The notes under the pieces were generated by a model that had not been told where the DNA came from, made no database searches, and worked only from the letters and a program-made list of their open reading frames with translations. Position numbers and translations under genes: made by a program. A stretch of DNA of 64,000 nucleotides, taken from assembly GCA_047495785.1 (NCBI GenBank), contig JBLDXI010000038.1:806001-870000 (forward strand). The letters are read 5' to 3'. This document shows, in pieces, positions 1-11,918 of the stretch. Source of the DNA: Lepidodermella squamata (Eukaryota; Animalia; Gastrotricha). Position 1 is the stretch's first letter. Each line of letters starts with the position of its first letter.

Positions 1-2551
1 GCATTGTTATTTATTACCTTGTTTTATAACCTCATCGATTATAAACAGACACTAACTCGGGTAAAGCATAATTAACAAGGAGGGCTTTCACTTTCATATC
101 TCAACGCGTGTATTTGTTTGGCTGATATTCACGATTCGTCATTTCAGCGGGCTAATTTTCTCCTACACAAACATGATCAGAGCCTTGTGTGTAAGATAGC
201 GGAAGAAGATACCGCCGAGAGGCCTAACCACGGCATACGCGTGCCATTGGTGAACATGTTCGCCCCTGGCCACGCGTCAGGTTAACCAGCCGTATCTAAA
301 TACTGACTACAAGCGCGAAATAAGATACAAAATTGTAGTTATAATATGCAGGCGGCTAACAATAACGCTCGCACGAACCTTGCCGGTTTCAGCAACGTCG
401 AAAACAAAGAAAATCAACAGTAACGCAATTATGATGATAATGATGATAGACACGGCGGTTCGTTCTTTCTGCTCATATTTGGCGCTTAGCAGCGTCTATG
501 GCTACGGCGCCAGAAAAAGCTATCCGATAGGATGAGAGGCTTGGCTGCGTTTGCTTGTGAATATATAATCATTTTTAGTCCCCAACGATTTGTTGTTGTT
601 TGTTTGTTACGAGAACCGTTGCTCGAGGCCAAATGGATTAAGCACCCTCGCTAGTCAGCAAGTACCTATGCGGATGTAAGAATTAAATGAGGCTACGCCG
701 CTGATTTCAATCGGAATCTTTGGCATGGGCTCATGCGCTTAGAGGTGGAATTATTATGCATCATTAGCTTCAATGGCCGAATGCCTACCGGCGTGTTTAT
801 TTCGTTAATATTGCTGCTTAGCAGTCATCGGACGTTATCGATCGTCGGAAATGATTCGATTTGAAATGCCTGCTTAAGCCGATTCTTATGTTTCTTGAAC
901 AGCTGTGCTAATACATTATTATTGTCCGCAGCCCTTGCAAAGCTTTGCACCGCTTGCTGTTTGTTTTTTCCAAATTCCAAAACAGTGCAAAATAGTTTGC
1001 GTATCACGCGCGGTGTGGAAAGTGCCGCCGGCGGCAAAAACACAACCGCTGTTACGCGCGCGCGGTGTGTTTTCTCGCCTGGCCGGCTATTTGTGTCCGG
1101 CGCCGTGATCACCGGTCACACCGCTTCTATCGCCCACCTGCGAGCCCATCCCCCGCCACCGGTGTCAGTAAATCGCATGCATTTTTAATGGCAGCTGTCT
1201 CAATTCTCGCCGGCCGGCGACACATGCGCGTATTCGGCTACCAATTTCACACCCTCTCGTGTTTAATTTTGTCTTATGCCGAGCTGCCTGTTGCATGATT
1301 AATGCCGGCCGCATTAGTCGACGGGCCGCACCTCCGGCTGGGCGAGAGAGCCCACTAAGCGGGGCATTAATGAAGTCGCTGCAGCCGCTGCTGGCCGTGA
1401 GTTGCCTCTTTCACCTCAACTGCTGCATTATTCATGGCCTAGGATGTGAAACAGTTGACTAGCGTCGCTTGGATGCTCCACGCACTGGCCTGGGTCGCTG
1501 TCGATGCGCGGCCTCGCTCGGCACTTAGGCGGCGTGTCGTCTGCTGCTAATAGTAAACATTCCGCGTTATTGGTGTTACGTTGTAAACAAACCTGGCCAA
1601 CTTGCCGCTGTAATAACAATGATAAATAATATACAACTGCAAGTAGTGGCTATTGCAAGGCACTGTGGCGCTTTGCTTTTTGCATCGCCGTCGCTGATGA
1701 TTGTGATGGGCCAACTGAGCAGTGGCCTCGAGGTGCGCATGTCGCCAGCGAGAAAGTAACAACAATGAGCCCCGGATTTAGCGCTGTCTTCATTACACAC
1801 TCGCATGTGAGCTGAAGATTTCAGCCAGTCGATACGAGAACATCATAGCCAGGTAATGCGCCACACTGCGCCATGCGCCGCAGAGCACCTACGTGTCCCG
1901 TATGCGAACGAACTGAAGGGCCGAAGAACGGACGAACACGAGAGCGTGTGGCACCGTAAGCAAATTTACTAAAGGCGAGATCGAGCTGCTGACGAGCTGG
2001 ACGATGTTGTATGCACACCTGGGTATTATTCAGTAGGTAATAGGTAGATGAGCAGTAACAGCATAAACATAATCATGAATATTTATCATTAATTCAACGA
2101 CGCCTTGGCATACAACTTTTTATTCACGCGAATCGTCGCGTTGCCACAGCGACTGACAATGTTTCCGCGTCGTTACTTCCCCAGCGGTGACGGTGGCGAC
2201 GAGCTGCCCTCATAGCAGTAACGATGCGCTAATTGATAGAGGACGCCATTGGGGTCCCGTTGCGGAAAACTTACGGCTAATTGCGTTCGTAAAACATCCG
2301 ACTAGCCCGATGGCCGTGAGATCTACAAGTATCATCACCATAATCATCTGAATAATTACTACAGGTGTTGAATAGCTCCTAATTCATTAGGCACAATGAG
2401 CCATTCATTAAGCAAGCTAATGGGAAATGATAATAATGGAGTAGCAAATCAAAATTTTAAAATAATAAAGATGGAATTGAAAATATTGTGTTGAAGAGGC
2501 AGTTTCATGAACTTGTAGACCTAAATATAATGTTCAAATATTTGACGACAG

Positions 2552-5500
2552 GGTTTCCTGTGCTGACTCAGCGACCATTTCCGGCCAGTGCAGGTGGTTC
2601 CTTGGTACTACAATGCCAACCTCAAGTGCCAGCTGGCATCGGTGTTGAATGTAATTCGCTGAACGTTCGTATAACTTGCAATGGCCGGCAGCTGCATTCG
2701 GTGACATTTCCAACGCTGTTACCGCTCTACGAGACGATGCGTCTGCCGAGAACGCCTGTTCGACGAGCCGAGAACGGCAGCTTGATGGCCACGCCGAAGA
2801 ATGGCACGACCATAGCTTCGATAGACTATGCGTTCGATTCGGTAACGGGCGATTTGAACGCTGCAGATTGTCTTTGTTTAGTCAAATATAACCGCCGATC
2901 CGTAAAAATGAGTGACAATCAACCAAGTACTGCTAACGCAAGCATAAACAGTGCCTCTGAATTGATGACGTCAACAAGATTAGTGGTGCTGTTCCCGCCT
3001 AGCGGCGTTCAGCTAGTCGCAGACCCACCGCTACCGTGGCTTCTGCACCCGGATCGTGGAAATGGAAGTGCATTAACTGAAAGACCTCGTTACAGACTGA
3101 AATGTTCCGTTGGTGTTGTTGGAAATCCCAAAAATGTGCGATTTTCTTGGCCTTCTGAGCAGCCTGGCCTCGTAGCCTCTCCCACTGAAATGCCATGGAC
3201 GACCACGCTCGATCTCAGCGGAAACTTGCGGCCCGAGATCGATAATGGTCGGCGGGTGTCATGCCTGGCGTCGAACGATGCTGGTAAGGAAGATATTGAA
3301 TTTAGATATTGGTTTTTGTTATAAAGAACTTTTCAGGGCACGCGCCTGTTGCTGAGATAGCATTATCTGTATTCGGCCCGCCTTCAGTATCGATAGTATC
3401 CTTGACATCGGGCCAAGTTATAGAACCCGGCTCGATAGCCGAGTATCGCGAAGGTTCCGCTCTCACGCTCCGATGCATCGCCTCGGTTTCAGGTGCTACT
3501 CCGCAGCCTCGTCATTTCATCTGGCGGCGGGATGGAATGCTGCTGTCGACGGACGGTTCTGATCTTACTTTCCCGTCGATCAATTCATTGCATTCTGGTC
3601 GCTATCACTGCGAAGTCGTCATTGATACGCATTCGTAAGTTTTATTTTGTATAAGGCTGACTTTTGGCTAATCAAAATATGTTACGCCAGGTCGAAGATA
3701 GGAGTGTTAACCGCGTCATCGTCCTTTCAAGTCGCCGTAGTTTACATAAATGTTACCTTGGAATTGATCAAGCAATCCGATAGTAAGCTACAAAAATTGT
3801 GCTTGCCTAAATGAGCCTCTAATATTTAATCTTTTCAGTCATCGGCGAGGGCGATAATGTAACGCTGATTTGTAGAGCTGATGGATACCCGTCGCAAAAT
3901 TTGACATTCGAACCCTGGTTGTTCGAACCGTTGATAACGCATGACGGGGAGGTCGTGCCACCCACGCGAACAATACAACCCGGCGCGAGCAGATCAGATG
4001 AGCAACTGCTGTCGACGGCGTTCGCCGAAGAAAAGCCGGAATCTTACGCACCTGAAATGGTTTTGCACCTGACAAATGTGCAACCGTCAGATTCCGGCAA
4101 GTACTGGTGTACGGCGAGGAACAGCGCCCTTTTAGCTCGGCGGCGGTTCTACGCGATCGACGTTCACTTCAAGCCGCGGCTGAACGCAGCTTTGAGCTCA
4201 CCACTCACCGTACCTGTACGCGTTGGCCAGCCAATCGTGCTGATAGCCGCGCTCAGTGCCCACCCATCGCCGGACGAATTCGAGTGGCTGCGGCTGGATG
4301 GCCAGCAACAGCGGCCTGAACAGTTGCCGCAGTCTTGGGTTGTCGGTCGGCTGTCGCCCACAGTCAGCCAGCTGCACATTCCTTCACTTGCGCCGACTGA
4401 CCTGTACGACGGCCCTCTCGGTATAGCCGTGCGCGTTCGAAATTCGCGCGGCCAGTCGATGTTCCATTTCACGCTGTTCGCTCGCGGGCCCCCATCTGAC
4501 CCGACCAACATCAGGGTGTTGCGCACCTGGCCGACGTCCCTTCTCATCGGCTTCCAGCCCGGCTTCGACGGCGGGCAGCCGCAAGTTTTCGGGATCGAGT
4601 GTCTGGCCGAGGTGACTAACCGATCGGAAGCAAATGCGATCCTAGCTCCGACGCCAATACCGCATAACGTTGTAATTCGAGACCCTGGGCATGGCAAAGC
4701 CGCTCGTGTGTTGATTTCCAATCTGCTGCCGTCGACGTCGTACCGCTGCAGCGTTGAGGGTGTTGCAACTCGCTTCGAAAACGACTCGTCCTCGCCGGAA
4801 GCGGTCGCGACATGGCGAACTGCTAAACTTTTCATTACAACAAAAACACTGAATATGCCTGTTTTCAATCTGACTCGTGTGGAATGGGTTCTGGCACCGG
4901 CGCCTGTTCCTGTTCCAACGAACTCTTCTGAGGTTTCCCAGGTGTTTGCGACGAGGAGTCAGCGGAAAGAACTCTACTACTTGAAGTCCATGTGCATCAG
5001 CGTCACCTGCTCGCACCATCCCCAACAGTGCGACGGCAAGGGCTCCCGTATGCTAACCGAGGACGGGGTGTCATACCTGACCAACGTAGCTGGAATGCGA
5101 TTCGCTGCCGAGGTTACTATCTGCTCTGCTCGCAAAAGCCAAGCGGGCCGTCGCAAGTCCAAATCACCGTCCGAAGAGACGCAGGCTTGTTGGACGACTT
5201 CAACTAACCATACTTTGGAAATATTCGAGCTGCCGACGGGCAACAACTCGCTACTACCGGATGAATTGAGTTTATGCTTGAAGCACAATTTTCCAGATGG
5301 CAATTCATCCGACGCAGTTATGAAACCGGCAGAATCGATTCATGTTGCTTTTGACACGGCGGTCTTGGTAGGTGTCAGGCTGTTCTCGTTGATCGATGGC
5401 GACTTCGTGGCGTCGCTCAACGATGCGCTGATTGTTGCGCCGTTACTGAAAAGAGCTAGCAATCGGTTTTTCGACGACTACTGGGACGACAGTGACGCCG

Positions 5501-6534
5501 CGGAGTCGTCAATTATAGCCGACACCATGCTGTGGCCGCTGCTTGGCACGCTCTTCGGCATCGTCCTTGTCTTCAGCTCGGTTGGCGTGATTGCGCTCGT
5601 AGCTTGTTCGGCCGCGCGACGGGCGAAGCGTGACGCGCACTTTCGCCATCGAATGTCTCTATCCACATCGAGCACGACGAACAACGAAATACGAACCGTG
5701 AACGACATGTACGCCCTGTCGACGTCACCGTCGTCGTCCGAAAACGGCGCCACGTCGTCGAAGAGCAACATCCTGCACGGCGGCAGTATCAGGCATGCGA
5801 AGAGCGAACGATTTGCTTTCGCAGCTTCGAATAACTCGACGGCGGAAAGTAATCGCCGGCGCAGTGTCGAAGCCACGTCGGGCAACTCTGATTTCCACTG
5901 GGCCGATTTTCGCGCGAACCCTCTGCTCGCCAGTGTCGGCGTCGCCCCGACACTGCCCAGCAATTACAGCGTTGCCAGTTTGAGGTCGCGTCGCGAGGAG
6001 CGTGTCATCACGTGTGTCAGCGGCCTCAGCAACACGGGCAACATCTTCAGCGATAACGCACCCTCCTCGTCGCTGCGGCGAATTATGCAAAATCAAAATT
6101 TCGTGCCGCCCGTCGTGCCGGAGGGTGAATTCGACGAACTGCCGTCCGACTTGTCTCGCACGAGTGACAGCTCGGACTTCCAGTGCGTCGACGGCTTCGA
6201 AGCTCAGCAGCAGAACAGGCGACTGACAACTGCTGATGGGGAAGTGGTGAAGCTGTCGCAGAAGCCGCAGTCGACGTCACCGCCGCCTCGTTACACGACG
6301 CTCTACAGCCGGTTGGCAGATATCAGGCCGCCGAGCGATCGTCCTGTAGTAATGACGCCGGCCTCCCTTGCCACGGAGTATGCCAAATTGGACTTTCTGA
6401 GAATGGCCGACCTTGCCGCGGCCGGCAGCCCGGCTTCGCGGAAAGATGCGCCTGCGAAAGCGTCATCGAAACAACAGCGACGCCAAACATCGAAGCAAAA
6501 CGAAGAATTGAACGAATTGAGCACGTCCCACTAA
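2552..6534 (+). CDS. Ig-superfamily single-pass cell-adhesion receptor (several Ig domains + FN3 + TM + long Ser-rich tail), nephrin/sidestep-like; 5' exon(s) not located
   Basis: Predicted exons ~2552-3283, 3337-3634, 3691-3782 and 3839-6534, joined by 53-56 bp GT-AG introns. Ig motifs (LTLRC...FIW...SGRYHC; GDNVTLICRADGYP; DSGKYWCTARN), FN3 motif (GPPSDPTNI...FQPGFDGG...NLLPSTSYR), TM segment LWPLLGTLFGIVLVFSSVGVIALVAC and a cytoplasmic TEYAKLDF motif. Confidence 0.8.
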
Positions 6535-7334
6535 AACTCGAAGCAGCTGCCCATCCGTATTCCTTGTAGCAAGTGTAGCAACGCGTGCTCATGCATACAC
6601 TCTTCGTCTTTCACAACTAGTTCGCGCTTTAATTGATAGATACTATTAGCAGCCTTGTAGCAGCGCCTGTCCGCCGTTGGTCATAGCTGTTGTCACCTGG
6701 TTTACTTTTAAAAAAGCTATCGTGCTGTTACCGAACCTGGGCCGAAAATGACTATGATCAAGCTATATGTATTATTGTGCAAATATTCGAATTTATATTT
6801 AATTTATATCTGTATTTACCTGATCTTTATTTGAGTTTTCATATTTTACCTCGGGTTTTGAAGCAGTTAAATAAAACCGTGTCGTGTTCGCCGTCCTCAA
6901 CTGGTTCGTGTTTTGTTGAGTACCTATACCTATAATATCTTTTCCTAAGGTTCAAGATAAGTTTCTGAGCCGCTTCGATAAAAACAACGATGCGTCCTGA
7001 TTTGCCCTTGTTCGTAATTGCCCTGATTAATTGGCACTGAACGTTCAGCTCCCCGATAGTTTTTACGCATTTGCCACTGTGAACAAGATCGTGCGCTCTT
7101 AGCAGATTTTGCCCTTTTGTTGAGCTGAAATTTACAATGAACGATACTTGCGGGAGTAGAACCTGGCAGTATAATACCATCAACTGGAGTGACTTTCGAC
7201 AGTGAAGTCACTTCGACATGCCAAAATGGGGTGACTCGAAGTTGTCTGGCAATGTTTATGTCGTTGCAGGAACTTGATTGACGTTCATTGCCTGCCATGC
7301 TCTATGTAGATGACGATGGTCTCATTAAACAAAT

Positions 7335-7559
7335 TACCGTAAATTACCTAGGGTGGTTTTGGCCAGTGGGGTGACTTTGACATGTCAAAAAGGGATGACT
7401 TTGGCCACTCAAATATCGAAGCCGGCAAGGTAAAGACCCCATGAGTGGGATACCGCTGGGTAGCCCAATGAAAGCCAGGCCTAGATGTTTACAGTGTACA
7501 CCATTCCGACGTATTACCGATCGCAAAAACCTATGCCAAAGTAACCCCAAATTACGGTA
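7335..7559. mobile_element. Tc1/mariner-pogo-type MITE remnant
   Basis: Ends TACCGTAAATT... and ...CCAAAGTAACCCCAAATTACGGTA are inverted and TA-terminated. GGGGTGACTTTGACA-type motifs recur inside and just upstream (7184-7240). Confidence 0.55.
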
Positions 7560-8295
7560 TTAAACGTTGGCCACGGGCTCTAAGCTCTTTCTGAAAAAGT
7601 GAGTCGGAGATTTCCTCTTCGAAACTATTTGGAAGCCTTTCGCCAACAGCAGTACGTCCGTGTGTAAAACAGCGCAACTAGGAAAAAAATTCGCCCGGTA
7701 CATAATTCCTTAGCGTGAATTCGACTCCATTAATCGAACGGTAATGTCCATCGCATGAAGGCACGGTACCGGAACGGGGATTTTATTATTTAGAACAAAG
7801 ACAGTCTTGTTTTAGATGCTGCGGTACTAAACTGCGATAAAAACGCCCGACGGTACCATAGGTACTTCAAGTACTCCAATAAAACAATAACGGTAAATAT
7901 GATCAGGCTGCAATCGCGTATACGAACACACGGTACTCCAGACTTTTATGACTGGTGCTGTTTTATCAAATCACGAACGAGTGGTACCTTGAAAGTATTT
8001 CTGAAAAAAATTCTGCCAAAATCGACGATCGTTTTTTTCAAATCCGCCATTCAATTCGCTCTCCACAGTTTTTCAAGGAAGAATTATAAAGCGTATCCGC
8101 TGCATCAATGGCGTCCCATATTCCATGATTCCCTGAGATGATGTTTGACTCCAACAATAAAAACAAGCAACGTAAACAATCGCGATTGGCTATTTATTAT
8201 GAAAGAATTAAAAGAAACCAGTTTTACTGCTGAGAGCAATCGTGTTGCGAAGTTCAAGAGGGTACAATAATCACAAAATAGCATCACTGCCAAGA

Positions 8296-10611
8296 TCAGT
8301 CAGTTGCTTCGTCTTCCCCAGATTCGCTGTCGCTGTCCCCAGCAGCGGCGTCCGCCTTCGAATCGGTGTCCTTGGCGCCCGCCTCGTCGCCGTTCTCGCC
8401 GTCCGCTTCGCCGCGTCGCCTTTTCGATTTCTTGTGTCGTCGCGAAGATGAGCCGTGCTTGCGATGATGACGATGCCGCTTTTTCTCCTTCTTGCTCTTT
8501 TTGCTCGAATCGCGAGTTTCGCCCGCCTCCAGGGCGCTGTCTTCTTCGTCCGAATTCCGCAGTTCGCCGCTTTCTTGCGCCGCCCGTTCGCGCTTGATGC
8601 GCTTCGACGCGCCATAGTCATTCGGCCCGATGCGAACTCCTGGCGAAGCGCAGCTCTCGTCATCGCTCTGCTTATCCTTTTTGCGCCGCTTCCCATTACC
8701 GCCGGAATGTTTATGTTTCGAATGCTTGTGTGCACAAACTTCTTCCAGAATATCAAGAAAGTCATTGAAAATTCTTTCGCGTTCAGACTCGCTGTCTATG
8801 GCGGCGAATTCAGGACGATCCACCAGTCTAGGGCGAACCTCCTCCCATTTAGAGTCGAGAGATACTGGCGGGTCAGCGAGCTCACGAAGCGCTTTCTGGA
8901 AATTGCTCTCCAACTTCTGCAAATGTTTAGCTTCTTGCCGCAGCAACTCCTTTTCAGCGAGCAGCGCTTTCTCGGTCAGCCGAGTGTAAGCTTGCTTGAT
9001 ATTACCCGCGTCCAGTGTCAAGTACCGCTTGTCTTCGGCGAGGGCATTTGCGAAAGCCTCGAATGAGGTTGAAGTTGTGACGGTAAAACTCACCTGCGCC
9101 AGAATATCAGCAATGATCTTTTTATCCTCCTGGTATCGCGCTTTCAGGTCTTCGACGTAGAACTTGAACAGGTCGAGCGGGGTCGAACCAGGCTGGCTCA
9201 ACATGGCATGAAACCGCTCGTCCTTCGATATTGTCAAGTATAGCTCTGTCCACAGCGACATCGAGTGCAATTTGCCCTGCTCGTGAAGCTCCTCGAGCAA
9301 AACAATAAACGCCTCCCGGTTTTTGCGCTGTTGCCTGCGCGAACGCCGCCGCTCTCGCTCCTGCTCGTCGTCGTACTCGTGTTCGAGCGCTCGAATGTGA
9401 TCTTCGAACACGTTCAGCGCGTCTTCGCGCTCCAGCATAGACAGTTCGGGACAACCGGACAGCAGCTGTTGAGCTTCCGTCCAGGTCGTCTGCATAGAAA
9501 TTTGCTCGTTCGAACGTAGCAGCTCCGCCAGACCAGTCATTCCCTTCTTGCGCCGCGACTCGGCCTGTTCGTGTTCGCGCTTCGAAATCTCACGCTTCAC
9601 ATTCTCGAGTGCCTGTTTTCGCGTGCCGTCGTCGATGCGGCGCCATTCCTCCATGTTGGCGAATATCTCCTCGGCCTTTTTGAAACTGGTGGACGCCCGC
9701 AGGATTTTGTCGGTGATGGCAGTCGCCTGGGCCGCGTCTTTCGCATTGATCGCCGCCAAGTTCAAAGGTGAGTTGTAGTACGTCAACATGACTGCTTCCA
9801 GCTCGTCCTTCAACTTGTTGATTTTGGCCCGACTTTCATCACGCTCTTCGCGCGCCTTCTGTGTGCGATAATTTTGAAAATGAGACTTCTTCTGCTTGAC
9901 ATTCACAAACTGTTTGTATCGAGGATCGTTCATGATAATCGTGTGCGCCTGGTCCCAACTCAAGTACGACGCCAGATTTTTCTCCTTCAGAAATTTTCGA
10001 AAAGCCTCGATGCCGTCTTTGCCACCACTGTAGACTATGCTCAAATCACCGCCTCGAGGACTAGAACCACCAACATCTGAGTGCCGGGGTGAGTTGTCCC
10101 CGTCGTCCGAATCCGAGTCTGAGGCGCCGTTCGACTCTTCGGGTAGCGGAATCATGGCGTCTTGCTCCTTCTTTTTAGCAATCATTGCATCTTCAGCCGC
10201 CGCGCGCTCTTCCGCATCCAACATATCTTGCGGCTTCTCCCAAGACGTCTCGCGAGTCACCGTGTTGTAGTAGTAGCACCGGTCATCGGGCGTTCGATGC
10301 TCGCGCCACGGGCACGCAGCGAGAATACGCTCACCTGGCGTTTTCAGGTCATCTGGTTTTTCCCACACTGTATTTGGAAAAATTCAGATTAAGTCTAGTA
10401 GAAGAAGTAGAAGAAAATGTTCAGGACTAACCGGATTGGCCGGTAACAGTATTGAAGTAGTAAGTTCTTCCGTCTGGTCCGACATGCTCAGTCCACACGC
10501 CAGTTGCTCCAGCAGTAGGCTATTATAAAAACAATAATAATTGAAGACAAATAAGATGAAGAAAAGCTATTTACTCACCACAATCAACGATGCTGCGGCT
10601 GGCAAAGCCAT
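8296..10611 (-). CDS. PRPF40A: Pre-mRNA processing factor 40 (2 WW domains + FF repeats + Lys/Arg/Ser-rich tail)
   Basis: Exons 10611-10579, 10519-10432 and 10367-8296. WW motifs ([26 protein letters not shown]; [26 protein letters not shown]) and the conserved FF-region [21 protein letters not shown]. Confidence 0.95.
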
Positions 10612-11918
10612 TCCAGTTATATATTTAGTGAATCCTCATTAATCTAAAAATTCAAGAGCAAAATTAGCGGTGAAATTCAGGCAAAGTTATGAAGGATCCC
10701 TAAATGCTGCTAAAAGAGAACCACCGCTTCAAAACGCCGAAATGGCTGCAAATGCAAGCTCATCTCCGATTGGTAAATCTAGCAATATTTCAGCCCAGTA
10801 TTGGTCGCTATCTACTCAACAAATTGAAGAGAAATCATCAAGGAATTCATCAAATTTATTCCATTGTTCATGATAGAGATTCATCGTTTTTTCAACTTTA
10901 CAGATACACCACTCAGAAAATTTCTAAATTCTGTCAGAAAATTAATATAATTTCAAGAACAATCATGGTATGCAATTTTGCAATCGAACAATATTGGGAT
11001 TAAGACATTTATATTAAACGACTTCGCTGATTCAATAAGACAAGTAAGACGAAAGATAAGTATCTATTAAAAAATGATGCTCTTCAAAAAAATATCTGAA
11101 AATGTACACGCTACCACGGGAAGAACACAAGTTCGAAACTGTTGCTCGTAAGTTAACAAAACATCAATATAAAAATCGAGTTTCAAATACTTTGAAAATC
11201 AAACACGCAAATCAGCCTCTCACGAATATGAAAAATTCAATTCCGTGTTGCAATTGAGCAAAACACTTGGTGATCTTATTTCGAGCAACTCGTATTAGCT
11301 AATATGTTCGGCGGTCATCATTTTTTTCGAGCGGTTTCGTTGGACTGAGAATGTCTTTTGCTATGATAATTGCCATGCTGATAGATGTCCGAGTGTTACG
11401 ACAATGCTGTTAGCATTTGAGAATTGACGACGATCCAAAAATTAATGCATCTTTCCACTGGAAGTAGATGTATGTATGTTAATCTAGCTCAAGTTATATC
11501 GATAATACACGCAACAGGCAAGCGTAAATCAGAAATGTGTAAAAATTACAAAAAGTGCAAATATCAAATTTTTCGAGGCTAGATAGGGTAATAAAATGCG
11601 ATGCCGAACAATGAGTATGGCATTTAACCTGGGCTGACATCACAGCGTTGAACAACACGAGGTGACTTGTACAAAAATCGATATCATCAAGCAAAATATC
11701 AAGTTGTATCACTACTACATACTACTGGTGGGCGCACAAAGACGGAGACAGATTGTCACGGAGAAAAGCAAAGCATGCCAGAATAACGCTTGGCGAGAGT
11801 GCTCAACGAGGCTTGTTATGATCGCTGCGGGATGAAAGTTAGTTGAGTGCGCATCACAAGTAGCTGCTACAAGTCGCAACATAAGAACGTTCAAGGACAT
11901 GGACAAGGGGGTGAGCGC

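Noticed and set aside
781-864. Short signal-peptide-like ORF MPTGVFISLILLLSS as first exon of the Ig receptor
   Set aside because: No convincing splice donor before the stop codon.
4107-10430. Many antisense or overlapping ORFs of 60-230 aa inside the Ig receptor and PRPF40 exons
   Set aside because: Expected shadow ORFs of GC-rich coding sequence with no recognisable domains.
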